Shown: positions 19,461-28,814 of the stretch, in pieces
Layout of the letters: the number at the start of each line of letters is the position of its first letter
Position numbering within the stretch: position 1 is the stretch's first letter
Assembly: GCA_965218435.1 (NCBI GenBank)
Contig: CBDCKW010000009.1
Span: 1,024,001 to 1,088,000 of the forward strand
Origin: Truepera sp.
GTDB lineage: Bacteria > Deinococcota > Deinococci > Deinococcales > Trueperaceae
DNA: 64,000 nucleotides
Reading direction: 5' to 3'
Program-made: the position numbers and the translations under genes
The notes under the pieces: model-generated
Told to the model about the DNA's origin: nothing
Databases searched by the model: none
The model's input: the letters and a program-made list of their open reading frames with translations, nothing else

Positions 19461-21323
19461 CTATGCGCGGTAGGCACGCACCGTGCCGTCTAGCGCGGCG
19501 ACAAAAAGCGTATCGCCCAAAACCAGCGGGCTTGCCTGAATAGGGTCTTGGCTGACTTGTTCAAGGAACAGTACCGCGCCGCGCCGCGCGTCTAGAACAA
19601 AGAGTTCACCCGTCTCGGTGACGACGTAAAGGATACCCCCGGCGAGGACCGGCGTCGCTGTCACGCGGCCCCCGAGCGGCGTTTCCCAGATGTCGTCGCC
19701 GGTTTGCAGCGACAAACAGCGCATCACCCCGGCCCACGAGACGCTGTAAACATACGGTCCCCAAACCAGCGGCGAAGCCCACAGCGGCCCTTCCATGTCG
19801 TAGCTCCAGAGCACCGTAAAAGTTTCTAAGCTAAACGCGTGCAGGTCGCCGCTACGTTCAGGTAACAAGAGGAGTTGCCCCTTCGCTGCAGGCTGCGCGG
19901 TAACCTCCCCGAACTCGACCTTAAACTGGCTCTGACCGTCCGGCCCGACCCCGTGTAGCCAACCGGAGCGCGTCAGGTAGCACACGGTATTAGACGCGGT
20001 CCCGCAAACTGTCGGCGCAGTCCTGGCAGGCTCGCTGGCGTAGTGCCACAGAGGAGCGTTGTGTAAAGTGCGGCGCTCGAGCCCCCCCTCGGTTGCCACC
20101 AACAAACTCCCGGCATACGGGACAAAGCCGGTTACCCCGGCGTCCGCACTGCGCCAGCGCAGTTCGCCCCCCGGCCAACGGTGGGCGCTCAAGCTCCCCG
20201 AGCGGCTTGTGTAGAGGAGCGTATCGCCGACACTCACCACGGCGCTATTGACCTCATCATCGGTTGCAAACCGAGTTTGCACGCTGCCGTCACTCGGATG
20301 CAGCACCACGACCTCTTCGCTGCGCAAACCCAGCAGCAAAAATCCGGCCGCCGCAGTGAGCGCCCCCGGCCACTGCGGGCCTTCGGTAAGCTTGATGTTC
20401 CAAACCCTGTGAAGCTTACCCGGATTGACCGGCCCACCAGAAAAGACACCGTGCTGCCCCGGACCCCCGAGCCGCTCTGCGCTGCTCTGCTGCACGGTCA
20501 CGGCCCGAATCGTCTTAAGGGCGTCGGCGACCCGTTCACCGGAGGCGGGGCGCTCGAGCGGATTTTTGGCAAGCAAACTGACAATCAAGTCAGACAAGCT
20601 TCGCGGCAACGCCGGGTTGAGGTCAATAGGTGGCGCGAGTGCGCCGTAAACGTGTTGATAAAGCAGCGTAAGGTCGTTTTCCGCCTCGAAGGGTGCGACG
20701 CCGGTCACCGTTTTATAAAGCACGGCTCCGAGCGCGTAGAGGTCGGTGTGCGCGCCCGTCGCGCCGCCCTGCGCCTGCTCCGGGGCCATATATTGCGGCG
20801 TGCCAAGGGTCAGGCCGGTACGGGTCAGCTGACGGCTCGATTCGGCGAGCTGGACCAAGCCGAAGTCCATCACCTTGGGGTGGCCCTCAGGCGTTAAGAG
20901 GATGTTGCGCGGGGTGAGGTCACGGTGAACCATCCCGAGCCGGTGAACATACGCGAGCGCCTCAGCCACTCTAATCGCAGCTTCCAAAAAGTGCAGCAGC
21001 GGTTCCGGGTCGGCCCCCACGGGTCCCAACTCGGTCAGCGGTCCGCCGGAAATCAGCTCCATTGCAAAGTACACGTGCTCACCCCGGCCGAGGTCGTAGA
21101 TACTGACGATGTTCGGATGGCTGAGTTTGGCGAGCGTCATAATTTCGCGGCGAAACCGTTCAGAATCGGCTTCGGTCAGGTGGGGCCGCAACACCTTGAG
21201 GGCGACTTCGCGCTCCAAATGCCGGTCAAATGCCCGGTACACGTGCGCCATGCCGCCCTGTCCCAACGCGCCGACGATTTCATAGCGTTCATCGAGCAGT
21301 TCACCGGTAGGGATACGTGACAC
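19461..21323 (-). CDS. rqkA: Hanks-type Ser/Thr kinase with C-terminal PQQ-like beta-propeller (RqkA-like)
   Basis: GQGGMAHV, VALK, HRDLTPRN, DFG, GTPQYMAPE; W-containing propeller repeats; architecture matches Deinococcus RqkA (symbol tentative). Confidence 0.85.
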   Translation of the reverse strand: MSRIPTGELLDERYEIVGALGQGGMAHVYRAFDRHLEREVALKVLRPHLTEADSERFRREIMTLAKLSHPNIVSIYDLGRGEHVYFAMELISGGPLTELGPVGADPEPLLHFLEAAIRVAEALAYVHRLGMVHRDLTPRNILLTPEGHPKVMDFGLVQLAESSRQLTRTGLTLGTPQYMAPEQAQGGATGAHTDLYALGAVLYKTVTGVAPFEAENDLTLLYQHVYGALAPPIDLNPALPRSLSDLIVSLLAKNPLERPASGERVADALKTIRAVTVQQSSAERLGGPGQHGVFSGGPVNPGKLHRVWNIKLTEGPQWPGALTAAAGFLLLGLRSEEVVVLHPSDGSVQTRFATDDEVNSAVVSVGDTLLYTSRSGSLSAHRWPGGELRWRSADAGVTGFVPYAGSLLVATEGGLERRTLHNAPLWHYASEPARTAPTVCGTASNTVCYLTRSGWLHGVGPDGQSQFKVEFGEVTAQPAAKGQLLLLPERSGDLHAFSLETFTVLWSYDMEGPLWASPLVWGPYVYSVSWAGVMRCLSLQTGDDIWETPLGGRVTATPVLAGGILYVVTETGELFVLDARRGAVLFLEQVSQDPIQASPLVLGDTLFVAALDGTVRAYRA

Positions 21324-21917
21324 GCGTTTAGGATAACGTGTTTCTCTAGGGTATGGCGTTCCAGTGTTCTAAGGTTTGGTTATAAACGTTTTGTTATAAG
21401 CTAAGGCCGAGCTTGACTTTATACTGCGATACTTTAGAGGGTAATAACATACTTAAAACCCCTATACTCGCCTCGAGTTACCCCAAAGCCGCTGAGGTTT
21501 ACCACGAAGGTTACAGCAGTCAAAGCTACTGAACCGTCCGTGCAACCATTAGGGTGAACGACTGTGTAAAGCGTCCAAAGAATCTTGTAAGGCGCACCTC
21601 GTCTCTATCTTCTTTCGCGCTTGATATAAGCAGAAGCTTTGACGAGGTTAAAACAAATGCACAACCGTTCCTGCCAACAAGCCAGCCATCACAAAGTTAA
21701 AGAGAAGTGAGGCTCTTGGATTGGTCAAAAAGCGTCTAATAACAACTCCAAACATGGCCCAGACTAAGAAGGGGTAGCTATTTGACTAAGCAGGCTATAC
21801 TCAGTCGCATTAGACCAGGTTAAGGTGACAAGGCCACGGCGCGAAAGGACGAGTCAGCACAGTTTGAGAGACACGACGATGATTCTGCTGGCATTTCGCC
21901 GTGGTCTGCCGGCGGTG

Positions 21918-23117
21918 TCAGTTAGGGGTTGGGTTGGCCTGCTGTGAGCGTGCCACGAGCAGAAGATAGCCCGCGAGAGCAAACAGCACGGCTCCCATCC
22001 AGTACGGCGCTCCCGGCATCACACGTTCGTAAACCGCACCAGCCCAGAGTGGGCCAAACACGGTCATGCAGCTTGCCAGCGCAGTATTGACGCCCAGCAG
22101 CGTGCCTTGCTCACGCCGCGCGACGCGAGCCGTCATCAGCACGGCGGTGGTCGGGAACACCAGGCCGCTGGCGCTGCTACGCAGCACGCTGATCGGAACG
22201 ACTAGCCATAGCCCAGGCATGACACACATCGCCAGCGCACCAAGTGCGAGTACGAGCAGGCTGCTCCTAGCGACGCGCTGCTCGCCGAAGCGCGCAACCA
22301 GCGGCCCGACGAGACGCTGCACCAGCACGAGCGTGACTCCGGCGCACGCCAAAAGTGCCCCAAGTTGCCACGGCTGCGCGGCAAAGCACTCGATTAGAAA
22401 CAAGGGTTCGGTACTGCTTATGCCCTGAAACCCGAAGTTGAACAGGCAAATTACCAGCATCAAGCTGCCGAGCCCCGGTCGGCCGAAAAAGTCAAGGATC
22501 GCGCCGAACGGGTTGAAATCACCCAGCTGCAGCCGCCGCGCCTCACGCCGCTCGAGCGGAAGCGACTCGGGTAGCCAGAACAAGCTGAGCAGCAGACTAA
22601 CCAGCGTCAGACCGGCAGCTAGATATGCCGGAGCCTCGATCCGCCATTGCCCGAGCGCCGCTCCAACTGCCGGTCCCACCACCAAGCCGACACCCCACGC
22701 CATACCGACCAGCGTAAAATCCTTGGCGCGTGATTTGTCGGTCGTAACATCGGCAATATAGGCTGTGGCGACCGATTGATTGCCGGCCGTGAGGCCGTCA
22801 ATGAGCCGCGAGAGCAGGACGAGCCACAGCGCCCCGCTGACACCTAGCACCAGGTAACCGATAGCCGAGCCGAGTAGGCTGATGAGCAACACCGGACGCC
22901 GTCCGAAAATATCGCCAAGCCTGCCGAGCACCGGCGCTGCGAAAAACTGCGCGGCCGCATAAATGACCGTCAGCAGCGTTACCATCAGGGCATCGTCGCT
23001 GTAGCGCAGCACGATGAACGGTGCAACTGGATAGAGCATGCTGAGGCCGACCACGTCCAGCAGCAAAATGGCAAAGATCAGCCCCAGTGCCGCTCGCGGC
23101 CGTTTACGAGGCGGCAT
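21918..23117 (-). CDS. MFS drug:H+ antiporter (TetA-like)
   Basis: Motif A GRLGDIFGRRPVLL, AYIAD, GLVVGPAVG; start at ATG 23117 overlapping the MerR gene end. Confidence 0.9.
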   Translation of the reverse strand: MPPRKRPRAALGLIFAILLLDVVGLSMLYPVAPFIVLRYSDDALMVTLLTVIYAAAQFFAAPVLGRLGDIFGRRPVLLISLLGSAIGYLVLGVSGALWLVLLSRLIDGLTAGNQSVATAYIADVTTDKSRAKDFTLVGMAWGVGLVVGPAVGAALGQWRIEAPAYLAAGLTLVSLLLSLFWLPESLPLERREARRLQLGDFNPFGAILDFFGRPGLGSLMLVICLFNFGFQGISSTEPLFLIECFAAQPWQLGALLACAGVTLVLVQRLVGPLVARFGEQRVARSSLLVLALGALAMCVMPGLWLVVPISVLRSSASGLVFPTTAVLMTARVARREQGTLLGVNTALASCMTVFGPLWAGAVYERVMPGAPYWMGAVLFALAGYLLLVARSQQANPTPN

Positions 23118-23958
23118 ACGGATGACCTGCCGATGTAGCTGCTGAAGCTGCGCGGCGAATCGGCCACTGCACCTCGGTGCGATACGTCGGTGCCTGGCCG
23201 GACGCAGGGGCGCACAGATACAGCTCGCGCGGCGGGCCGCTACGCTCGTAGCCATGCTCGTCAATCCACTCGAGCACCGCCCAGTAGACCGCCCACAGGT
23301 CAGTGTATGGGCCAACGTGTACCGAATACGCAACGGTACTGCTTTCCAGGACGTGAACAGCGATACGCCCCGATCCAGCGATGGGCTGGGTGAGTGGTAC
23401 CGCAATTTCGCTGTCTACCGTCTCATCGCTCCAGGCATGCGAGATACGCAAGCCGGCAGCGGTTGCGTCATGTGCCCCAAGCCCTGCTGTATAGCGTTCC
23501 AACTCGGCGAGCAGCTCAGGGATGCGCTGCTGCTCGTCTTCGGGCGTCGTGTGGAGGCGAACACCGGCGACAAGGAGCTCGGCCACCGCTTTAACCTGCA
23601 CGCTGAACACCAGATCATCGTCCTGATGATCGATGACCTGCTGCAGCAGCTGTAGGGCCTGCTGGTCTTTTAAGATACGTTCGTTGATACGTTGCTGCTG
23701 CTCGAGCAGCCGTACTTTCATGGCCCCAGGGGTAGGGGCGTGTACCACGGCGTGGACCGAGTCGAGTGACATGTCAACCGAGCGTAGCAGTCGGATACGG
23801 CGCGCCAGCGGAAGTTGGGTGATGCTGTAGTAGCGGTAGCCCGAAGCGGAGTCGATAAACGCTGGCCGTAACAGGTCCATCGACTCGTAAAGATGCAGCG
23901 CCTTGATGCTTAGCTGCGTTATCTGGGCAAAACTGCCGATTGAGATTAGATTGTGCAT
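23104..23958 (-). CDS. MerR family regulator with GyrI-like ligand domain (BmrR-like)
   Basis: SIGSFA..KALHLYE..GYRYY HTH; HVGPY...RELY...TEVQWP; AAGGAG SD before ATG 23958. Confidence 0.92.
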   Translation of the reverse strand: MHNLISIGSFAQITQLSIKALHLYESMDLLRPAFIDSASGYRYYSITQLPLARRIRLLRSVDMSLDSVHAVVHAPTPGAMKVRLLEQQQRINERILKDQQALQLLQQVIDHQDDDLVFSVQVKAVAELLVAGVRLHTTPEDEQQRIPELLAELERYTAGLGAHDATAAGLRISHAWSDETVDSEIAVPLTQPIAGSGRIAVHVLESSTVAYSVHVGPYTDLWAVYWAVLEWIDEHGYERSGPPRELYLCAPASGQAPTYRTEVQWPIRRAASAATSAGHPYAAS

Positions 23959-23978
23959 CCACCGCTCCTTTGAGTGCC

Positions 23979-24009
23979 ACTTTACAGTCGCCCCTAAGGG
24001 ACGAGTCAA
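23979..24009 (-). promoter_or_regulatory. MerR-type promoter with 19-bp spacer and dyad operator
   Basis: TTGACT, 19 nt (cgtcccttaggggcgactg), TAAAGT; dyad TCGtCCC..GGGgCGA in spacer. Confidence 0.85.
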
Positions 24010-24235
24010 GGATTGCCGACGAACTCCATCAGGGCTAAATTTAATTACGCCTGTTTGAACTGCTACCTATACCCCGTGGCTGATCGACGACTTTTATCTC
24101 TTGACCTTGTGGCAGCCGTTTCGCAAACGTAGGGTAGGCTGGATTTTGACTGTGTCTCGAGCAGCGGCTCGTGGCATGAAACCTCCGTAACCTCTACACC
24201 CACACTGATCTTCACCCGCTTTTATGGAGTCGTAG

Positions 24236-25116
24236 TTAAGCAGCTTGAGAGAAGTGTACCCGTTCAAAATTGTCAGGAGATAGAAACCCCAGAGAGGAGT
24301 GCCTACGCTTGGCGTTGTAGAAACCCTCTAGGTAGCTGAAGATGCTGGTCTTAGCCTGCTGGCGGGTCTGGTAATTTGCGCCCTCGACCTCTTCGGTTTT
24401 CAGAGTAGCGAAGAACGATTCGACGACGGCGTTGTCATAACAATTCCCTTTGCCCGACATACTTTGTGTGATGCGGTTGGCTGCGAGCTCGGCCCTAAAA
24501 GCACGACTGGCATATTGGCTGCCCCTATCTGAATGATGCGTCAGTGTCGCCGTATCGGGCCGCTGCCGCGTCGCCATCGTCAACGCCGAGAGGGTGAGGT
24601 CATCGGTGAGTCCGTCGGAGAAGGCCCAGCCAATGACTTTGCGGCTGAAGAGGTCGAGCGTCACCGCCAGATACAACCAGCCCTCGGCGGTGGGTAGGTA
24701 GGTGATGTCGCTGGCCCAGAGGGTGTTGGGGGTTGCCACGTCGAAGTTCTGCTCAACGAGATTTGCTGCTTTAGGGCGCGAGTGCTGGGAGGTCGTGGTG
24801 GTCTTGAACTTTCGTTTCGTCTTGCCCCTAATGCCTGCTGAGCGCATCAGACGGGCGACGCGCTTGCGCCCGACCTTGTGTCCGGCAGCCCGTAAGTCCT
24901 TGTGGATGCGCGGCGAGCCGTAGGTGCAACGGCTCCCGCAGTGGAACATCACGATCTTCTCGCTCAACGTTTCGTCCTCCCTGACTCGCTCCTGACTCGC
25001 TGGCTTTTTCCTCGCCGTGACCAGGCGTAGAAGCCGCTGACCGACACGGCCAACACCCCGGCCATCAAGCTGACGGCCCAAAAGTTACGGTGTTCCTTGA
25101 TGAAGGTGTACCTCAC
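24236..25116 (-). pseudogene. IS3 OrfB DDE transposase with frameshift
   Basis: WASDITY, HSDRGSQY, CYDNAVVESFF; true N-terminus VRYTFIKEHR..SGFYAW is out of frame because of an 11-bp tandem duplication at 24980-25001. Confidence 0.88.
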
Positions 25117-25412
25117 CGACTTTCCCCGGCAAAGAACTTGACCGCTTTTTTTAAGATGTCACGCTCCTGTATCACCCGCTCGAGTTCTTTTTTCAAGCGC
25201 ACGTTCTCTTGCTGCTCGGCGGTTAAAGCGACCTTGCCGTTCCCGGGAAAGGCCAGCTCGCCGCCCTCACGCGCCTGTTTCCGCCACTTGTAAAGGCTGT
25301 AGTCGGACACGCCCAGTTCCTGGGCGATCTGAGCCACGCTTACCCCCGCTTGTTCACTCAACCTGACCGCTTCGCGCTTGAATTCCGCCGTGTAGACCCT
25401 ACGTTCTTTCAT
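25113..25412 (-). CDS. IS3 OrfA transposase (HTH)
   Basis: YTAEFKREAV..LYKW..ERDILKKA; A7G slippery site at 25145-25152. Confidence 0.92.
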   Translation of the reverse strand: MKERRVYTAEFKREAVRLSEQAGVSVAQIAQELGVSDYSLYKWRKQAREGGELAFPGNGKVALTAEQQENVRLKKELERVIQERDILKKAVKFFAGESR

Positions 25413-25490
25413 ATCGCCTCCATTGTGCATCAGAGGCTTAACTCGGTCTCCGTTTTATCGGGTGAACATCACACGGAAAAGGATGGCTGA

Positions 25491-26360
25491 ATGTCTGACC
25501 TTAACCAGCGAACTATTTTAATTACAGGCGCGACCGATGGCGCGGGCAAACAGACGGCACACGATCTGGCTGAGCGAGGCGCAACCCTGCTACTGCACGG
25601 ACGAGACCGTGCCAAAGGTGAAGCTACACTCGGAGATATACGCCGAGCGACGGGCAACGACCGACTCACGTATTATCTCGCTGATTTTTCCTCGCTTACT
25701 GAGGTGCGGCGGCTGGCTGAGGAGCTGCAGACCGATCACGAGAGCCTGGATGTCCTTATCAACAACGCGGGCATCGGTGGGGGCAAGCAGGGTGAGGCGC
25801 AGCGGGAGGTGAGTAACGACAGCTACGAATTGCGTTTCGCGGTCAACTACCTCGCGCCCTTTTTGCTCACGCGCCTTCTGCTGCCCGTGTTGCGTAAGGG
25901 CGCGTCGCCTCGCATCGTCAACGTATCATCGGTCGGTCAGCGCCCCATTGACTTTGACGACGTGATGCTCGAGCACGCCTACGACGGCATCGACGCCTAT
26001 TGTCAGAGCAAACTTGCCCAGATCATGTTCACATTCGACTTGGCTGAACAGCTCAGGGGCGACGGCGTTACCGTCAACGCCTTACATCCAGCTTCGCTGA
26101 TGAATACCCGCATGGTCAACGAATCGTTTGGACAAGGAAGCGCGACGAGCAGCGTAGCGGAGGGGGCGGAGGCTATTGTCTACGTGGCGACCTCCAGCGA
26201 CCTATCGGGGATCACGGGTCGCTATTTCGATCAGCAGCGGGAAGCTCGAGCTAACGCCCAGGCTTACGATAGTGCGGCCAGAAAGCAGCTTCGAGAGCTT
26301 TCAGAACAGCTTACCGGTCTGTACCCTCAGGGCTACCGCAAAGTCCGAAACGGCTTTTGA
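25491..26360 (+). CDS. SDR family NAD(P)-dependent oxidoreductase
   Basis: TGATDGAG, NNAG, VNVSS, YCQSK. Confidence 0.93.
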   Translation: MSDLNQRTILITGATDGAGKQTAHDLAERGATLLLHGRDRAKGEATLGDIRRATGNDRLTYYLADFSSLTEVRRLAEELQTDHESLDVLINNAGIGGGKQGEAQREVSNDSYELRFAVNYLAPFLLTRLLLPVLRKGASPRIVNVSSVGQRPIDFDDVMLEHAYDGIDAYCQSKLAQIMFTFDLAEQLRGDGVTVNALHPASLMNTRMVNESFGQGSATSSVAEGAEAIVYVATSSDLSGITGRYFDQQREARANAQAYDSAARKQLRELSEQLTGLYPQGYRKVRNGF

Positions 26361-26538
26361 AACGAAAGTTTGACGAAGATAGAGGTTCAGGTTGAAAAGC
26401 AGTTTAACGACGTTTGCCGGCTTTACTCGCGAGGCTGCGCTTTTAGAAAAGCCATTTGTCCCTATGACTTACTGGGATGCCGACTTTGCGGTAGCCCTGA
26501 GCCGTTAGGCTGCGTAGTTACTAAGAACACTGTGTGTG

Positions 26539-27756
26539 CAGGCTTTTATCATCACCCCAAACCGAGCAGCTCGAGGGCCAGACGAGGTTGAGCATGGCAA
26601 CGCCTCGTCTGGCGTAGGACTTGTTTGTGTCCTTTCAGGTGAAAGAGACTGAGTAGCAGGTTACGAAGAGCAGCAAAGGCTTGGGCAGCTTTGCGGACAC
26701 GACAAGCATCTTCTTTCCAGATCGTGTCACGTTTATGATGCGAGCGGTTTTCTATCTGCCAATGGCCTCGCCACCACTTGTAAAGTGTGGCGGCCTCAGC
26801 ATGGGTGCTGGTGAGGGCATATTCGACTTCTTGAAAGCGAAGCTCACCAGTAGCTTTAGCTATTACCGTACGGACGCAGCGAACAAACTGCTGAGCAGCG
26901 GGAAAGTTGTTGGTCAACTCAGGCGGTGCCGGGCGGGTTTCAAGCTCGCGCAGCCACAGTTCGCCGCTACGCACTTCACTTGTTTCAAAGCGACTATCTT
27001 GCTTGCAAGACGGTAAACTGAACGCCCACTCAGCATTAGCTTTGACGTCGGCAAGGTTATCTTTGAGGTCGAGCAGATACGAGCCGCGCTGATCGAGAAT
27101 CGTTTCTACCAAAGGGCGCTCGGCAAAAGCAGCATCACCGGTGAATAGCCAAGGCAGCGTTCCGAGTCCTGGCAGCTGACTGAGCAGCCGTTGTGCCGTT
27201 TTAGCTTCTGTACCTTGAACGGAGGTCTGACCCAGGCTAAGTCCCACATCATGAATAAAGCAGGACAAAAGTTGTCTGGCTTGCTCACCCTGGCGGGGAC
27301 GTTTAGAACCTCTGACTCGTTTACCGTCTATGCCTAGGCATACCAGTTCTCCGGGCGTTCGCACCTCGCTAAGCACTGCAAATGACCAACGCTGCAAGTG
27401 ATGTTCAAGGTCTTCTATACGTTCTTCTAAAGTCCAGAAAAAACGGTATAACGTCGCTTGTGAAGGCAATCGCCGCTGCCCCCGAAGGTCTCTAAAGCCC
27501 AGCGTGAATAAACTCTCCTGTTGATCGTCTAACCACTGGCTAATGGCTAAGATGTTCTCCGACTTGGCACCGACCACCATCAACACCAGCTTAAAGAGCA
27601 TCTCAAAGGAGTACTGACAACGCGCCTTGTCACGCCGGTCTATTACTTTTATGACATACGGCAAGGGGCTTGGTATATTTCCTCGATGCGTGGTCTCCAT
27701 AACTACGCATCATTCCTTTGGCCGCTCCCTTTTACAACCTTGGTGATAAAAGCCTG
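26539..27756 (-). mobile_element. ISAs1-family insertion sequence, intact
   Basis: IRs CAGGCTTTTATCATCA / CAGGCTTTTATCACCA (15/16); 8-bp TSD TGTGTGTG at 26531-26538 and 27757-27764. Confidence 0.92.
26552..27700 (-). CDS. ISAs1-family transposase
   Basis: IDGK, TGDA, LKDN, RGHWQIENRSHHKRD..ED. Confidence 0.92.
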   Translation of the reverse strand: METTHRGNIPSPLPYVIKVIDRRDKARCQYSFEMLFKLVLMVVGAKSENILAISQWLDDQQESLFTLGFRDLRGQRRLPSQATLYRFFWTLEERIEDLEHHLQRWSFAVLSEVRTPGELVCLGIDGKRVRGSKRPRQGEQARQLLSCFIHDVGLSLGQTSVQGTEAKTAQRLLSQLPGLGTLPWLFTGDAAFAERPLVETILDQRGSYLLDLKDNLADVKANAEWAFSLPSCKQDSRFETSEVRSGELWLRELETRPAPPELTNNFPAAQQFVRCVRTVIAKATGELRFQEVEYALTSTHAEAATLYKWWRGHWQIENRSHHKRDTIWKEDACRVRKAAQAFAALRNLLLSLFHLKGHKQVLRQTRRCHAQPRLALELLGLG

Positions 27757-28421
27757 TGTGTGTGCCGTAATCCTGCGCCCAGTTTACGGATAAACTTAGG
27801 ACTAACTTTTGTTTTGGTACGTGCTACGTTTGCCAGTGTTGAGCAAAAGGAAACAGGTTATTCTCTAAACGCTGAATAAAGTCTCTACCTGCTGCCTGTA
27901 CCCTGGCCTGATGTGCTGCGGAGTCAATCCCTACGGCTAAGCGTTGTGCGAACTCTCCTTCATCTTTACCAGTGCCACTGACCCTGTGCGTCTGCTACGA
28001 CGTCGAGTGCATAATCCCTTGTATCAATCCCGATAGGCGTTCTTGCAAAGGGGGCCTCGAGGTTCCCGTAATACGAGCTGAACGCTCCCTGCTCGTTGTA
28101 GAAAAACCAAACAGAGTAAAAGGTATAGGGCAGATAAAGACGTACTGTGCCTTGCTACCACGCCAAAACTTTGTAAAAACGCTGTGTTGAAGTCGCTGAG
28201 GATTCAACCGCTGCTACGCGTTTGTCCGAAGCTACGGCGTAGTTATCTCTAAACGGAGTGCCTTTGGCGATGTAAACGGCCAGATATTTTTCCGAATCTT
28301 CAAGGCAACGTGCCGGGATAGCCGCCGTAACCGTACCATCTGAACGCGCGATGTTGCGTAAAATTAAGAATATCGCCTTTTAACCAGTCATTCATCGTTT
28401 GCTCGGTCGCTGCTCGAGCAA

Positions 28422-28646
28422 TTACTCGTCCGGCGTTTCGTTTTCTGCTAAGGCGCTCAGCAGTTTAGGGTCGAGTTCACCTTGCTCAACGGCTTTGTTA
28501 AGCATCTCAATCCCTAACCGGACTACTTCGGACTTCGATACCAAACGTTCGGGGTTCGAGAGCTGATAGGCCGTTTTGGTCAGTAGCGAGTCCTGCTTTT
28601 CGGTGATGACCACCTGCAGCCGTTTGCTCTTTTCGCGTTTGGGCAT
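28422..28646 (-). CDS. Small ribbon-helix-helix-like regulator
   Basis: KRLQVVI beta-strand then helices, SKSEVVR; GGAGGG SD; divergent from murA. Confidence 0.75.
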   Translation of the reverse strand: MPKREKSKRLQVVITEKQDSLLTKTAYQLSNPERLVSKSEVVRLGIEMLNKAVEQGELDPKLLSALAENETPDE

Positions 28647-28685
28647 CGTTCCCTCCACGTCAAGTCTAGCATCACCTTACACACC

Positions 28686-28714
28686 TTGACAATGACGGAT
28701 ATACCACTTAAAGT
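28686..28714 (+). promoter_or_regulatory. Candidate murA promoter
   Basis: TTGACA, 17 nt, TAAAGT. Confidence 0.65.
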
Positions 28715-28814
28715 TTCTGTGTGTAACTTGTGTATATGATGTAGCATCTTCCCGGGTTTGCGTCTCTGTAAGATGCTACCCTGGGGTGCGCCGACGGCGC
28801 TTAGTGAGGAGACG

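Larger units (their letters stand above)
24206..25471 (-). mobile_element. IS3-family insertion sequence, apparently inactivated
   Basis: Terminal IRs TGATCTTCACCCGCTTTTATGGAGTCGTAGTTAAGC / TGATGTTCACCCGATAAAACGGAGACCGAGTTAAGC; 3-bp TSD CAC; orfA plus orfB. Confidence 0.93.

Noticed and set aside
21324..21917. About 600-nt spacer as possible ncRNA or IS remnant
   Set aside because: Only scattered promoter-like hexamers and a 17-codon ORF at 21657; no structure or family I can support
23118..23405. N-terminal extension of the MFS ORF
   Set aside because: Lies inside the MerR gene in another frame; MFS homology begins at ATG 23117
26370..28207. Short ORFs flanking ISAs1 (26370-26591, 27972-28190, 27995-28207)
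   Set aside because: No recognisable motifs or SD; I could not join them into an interrupted gene
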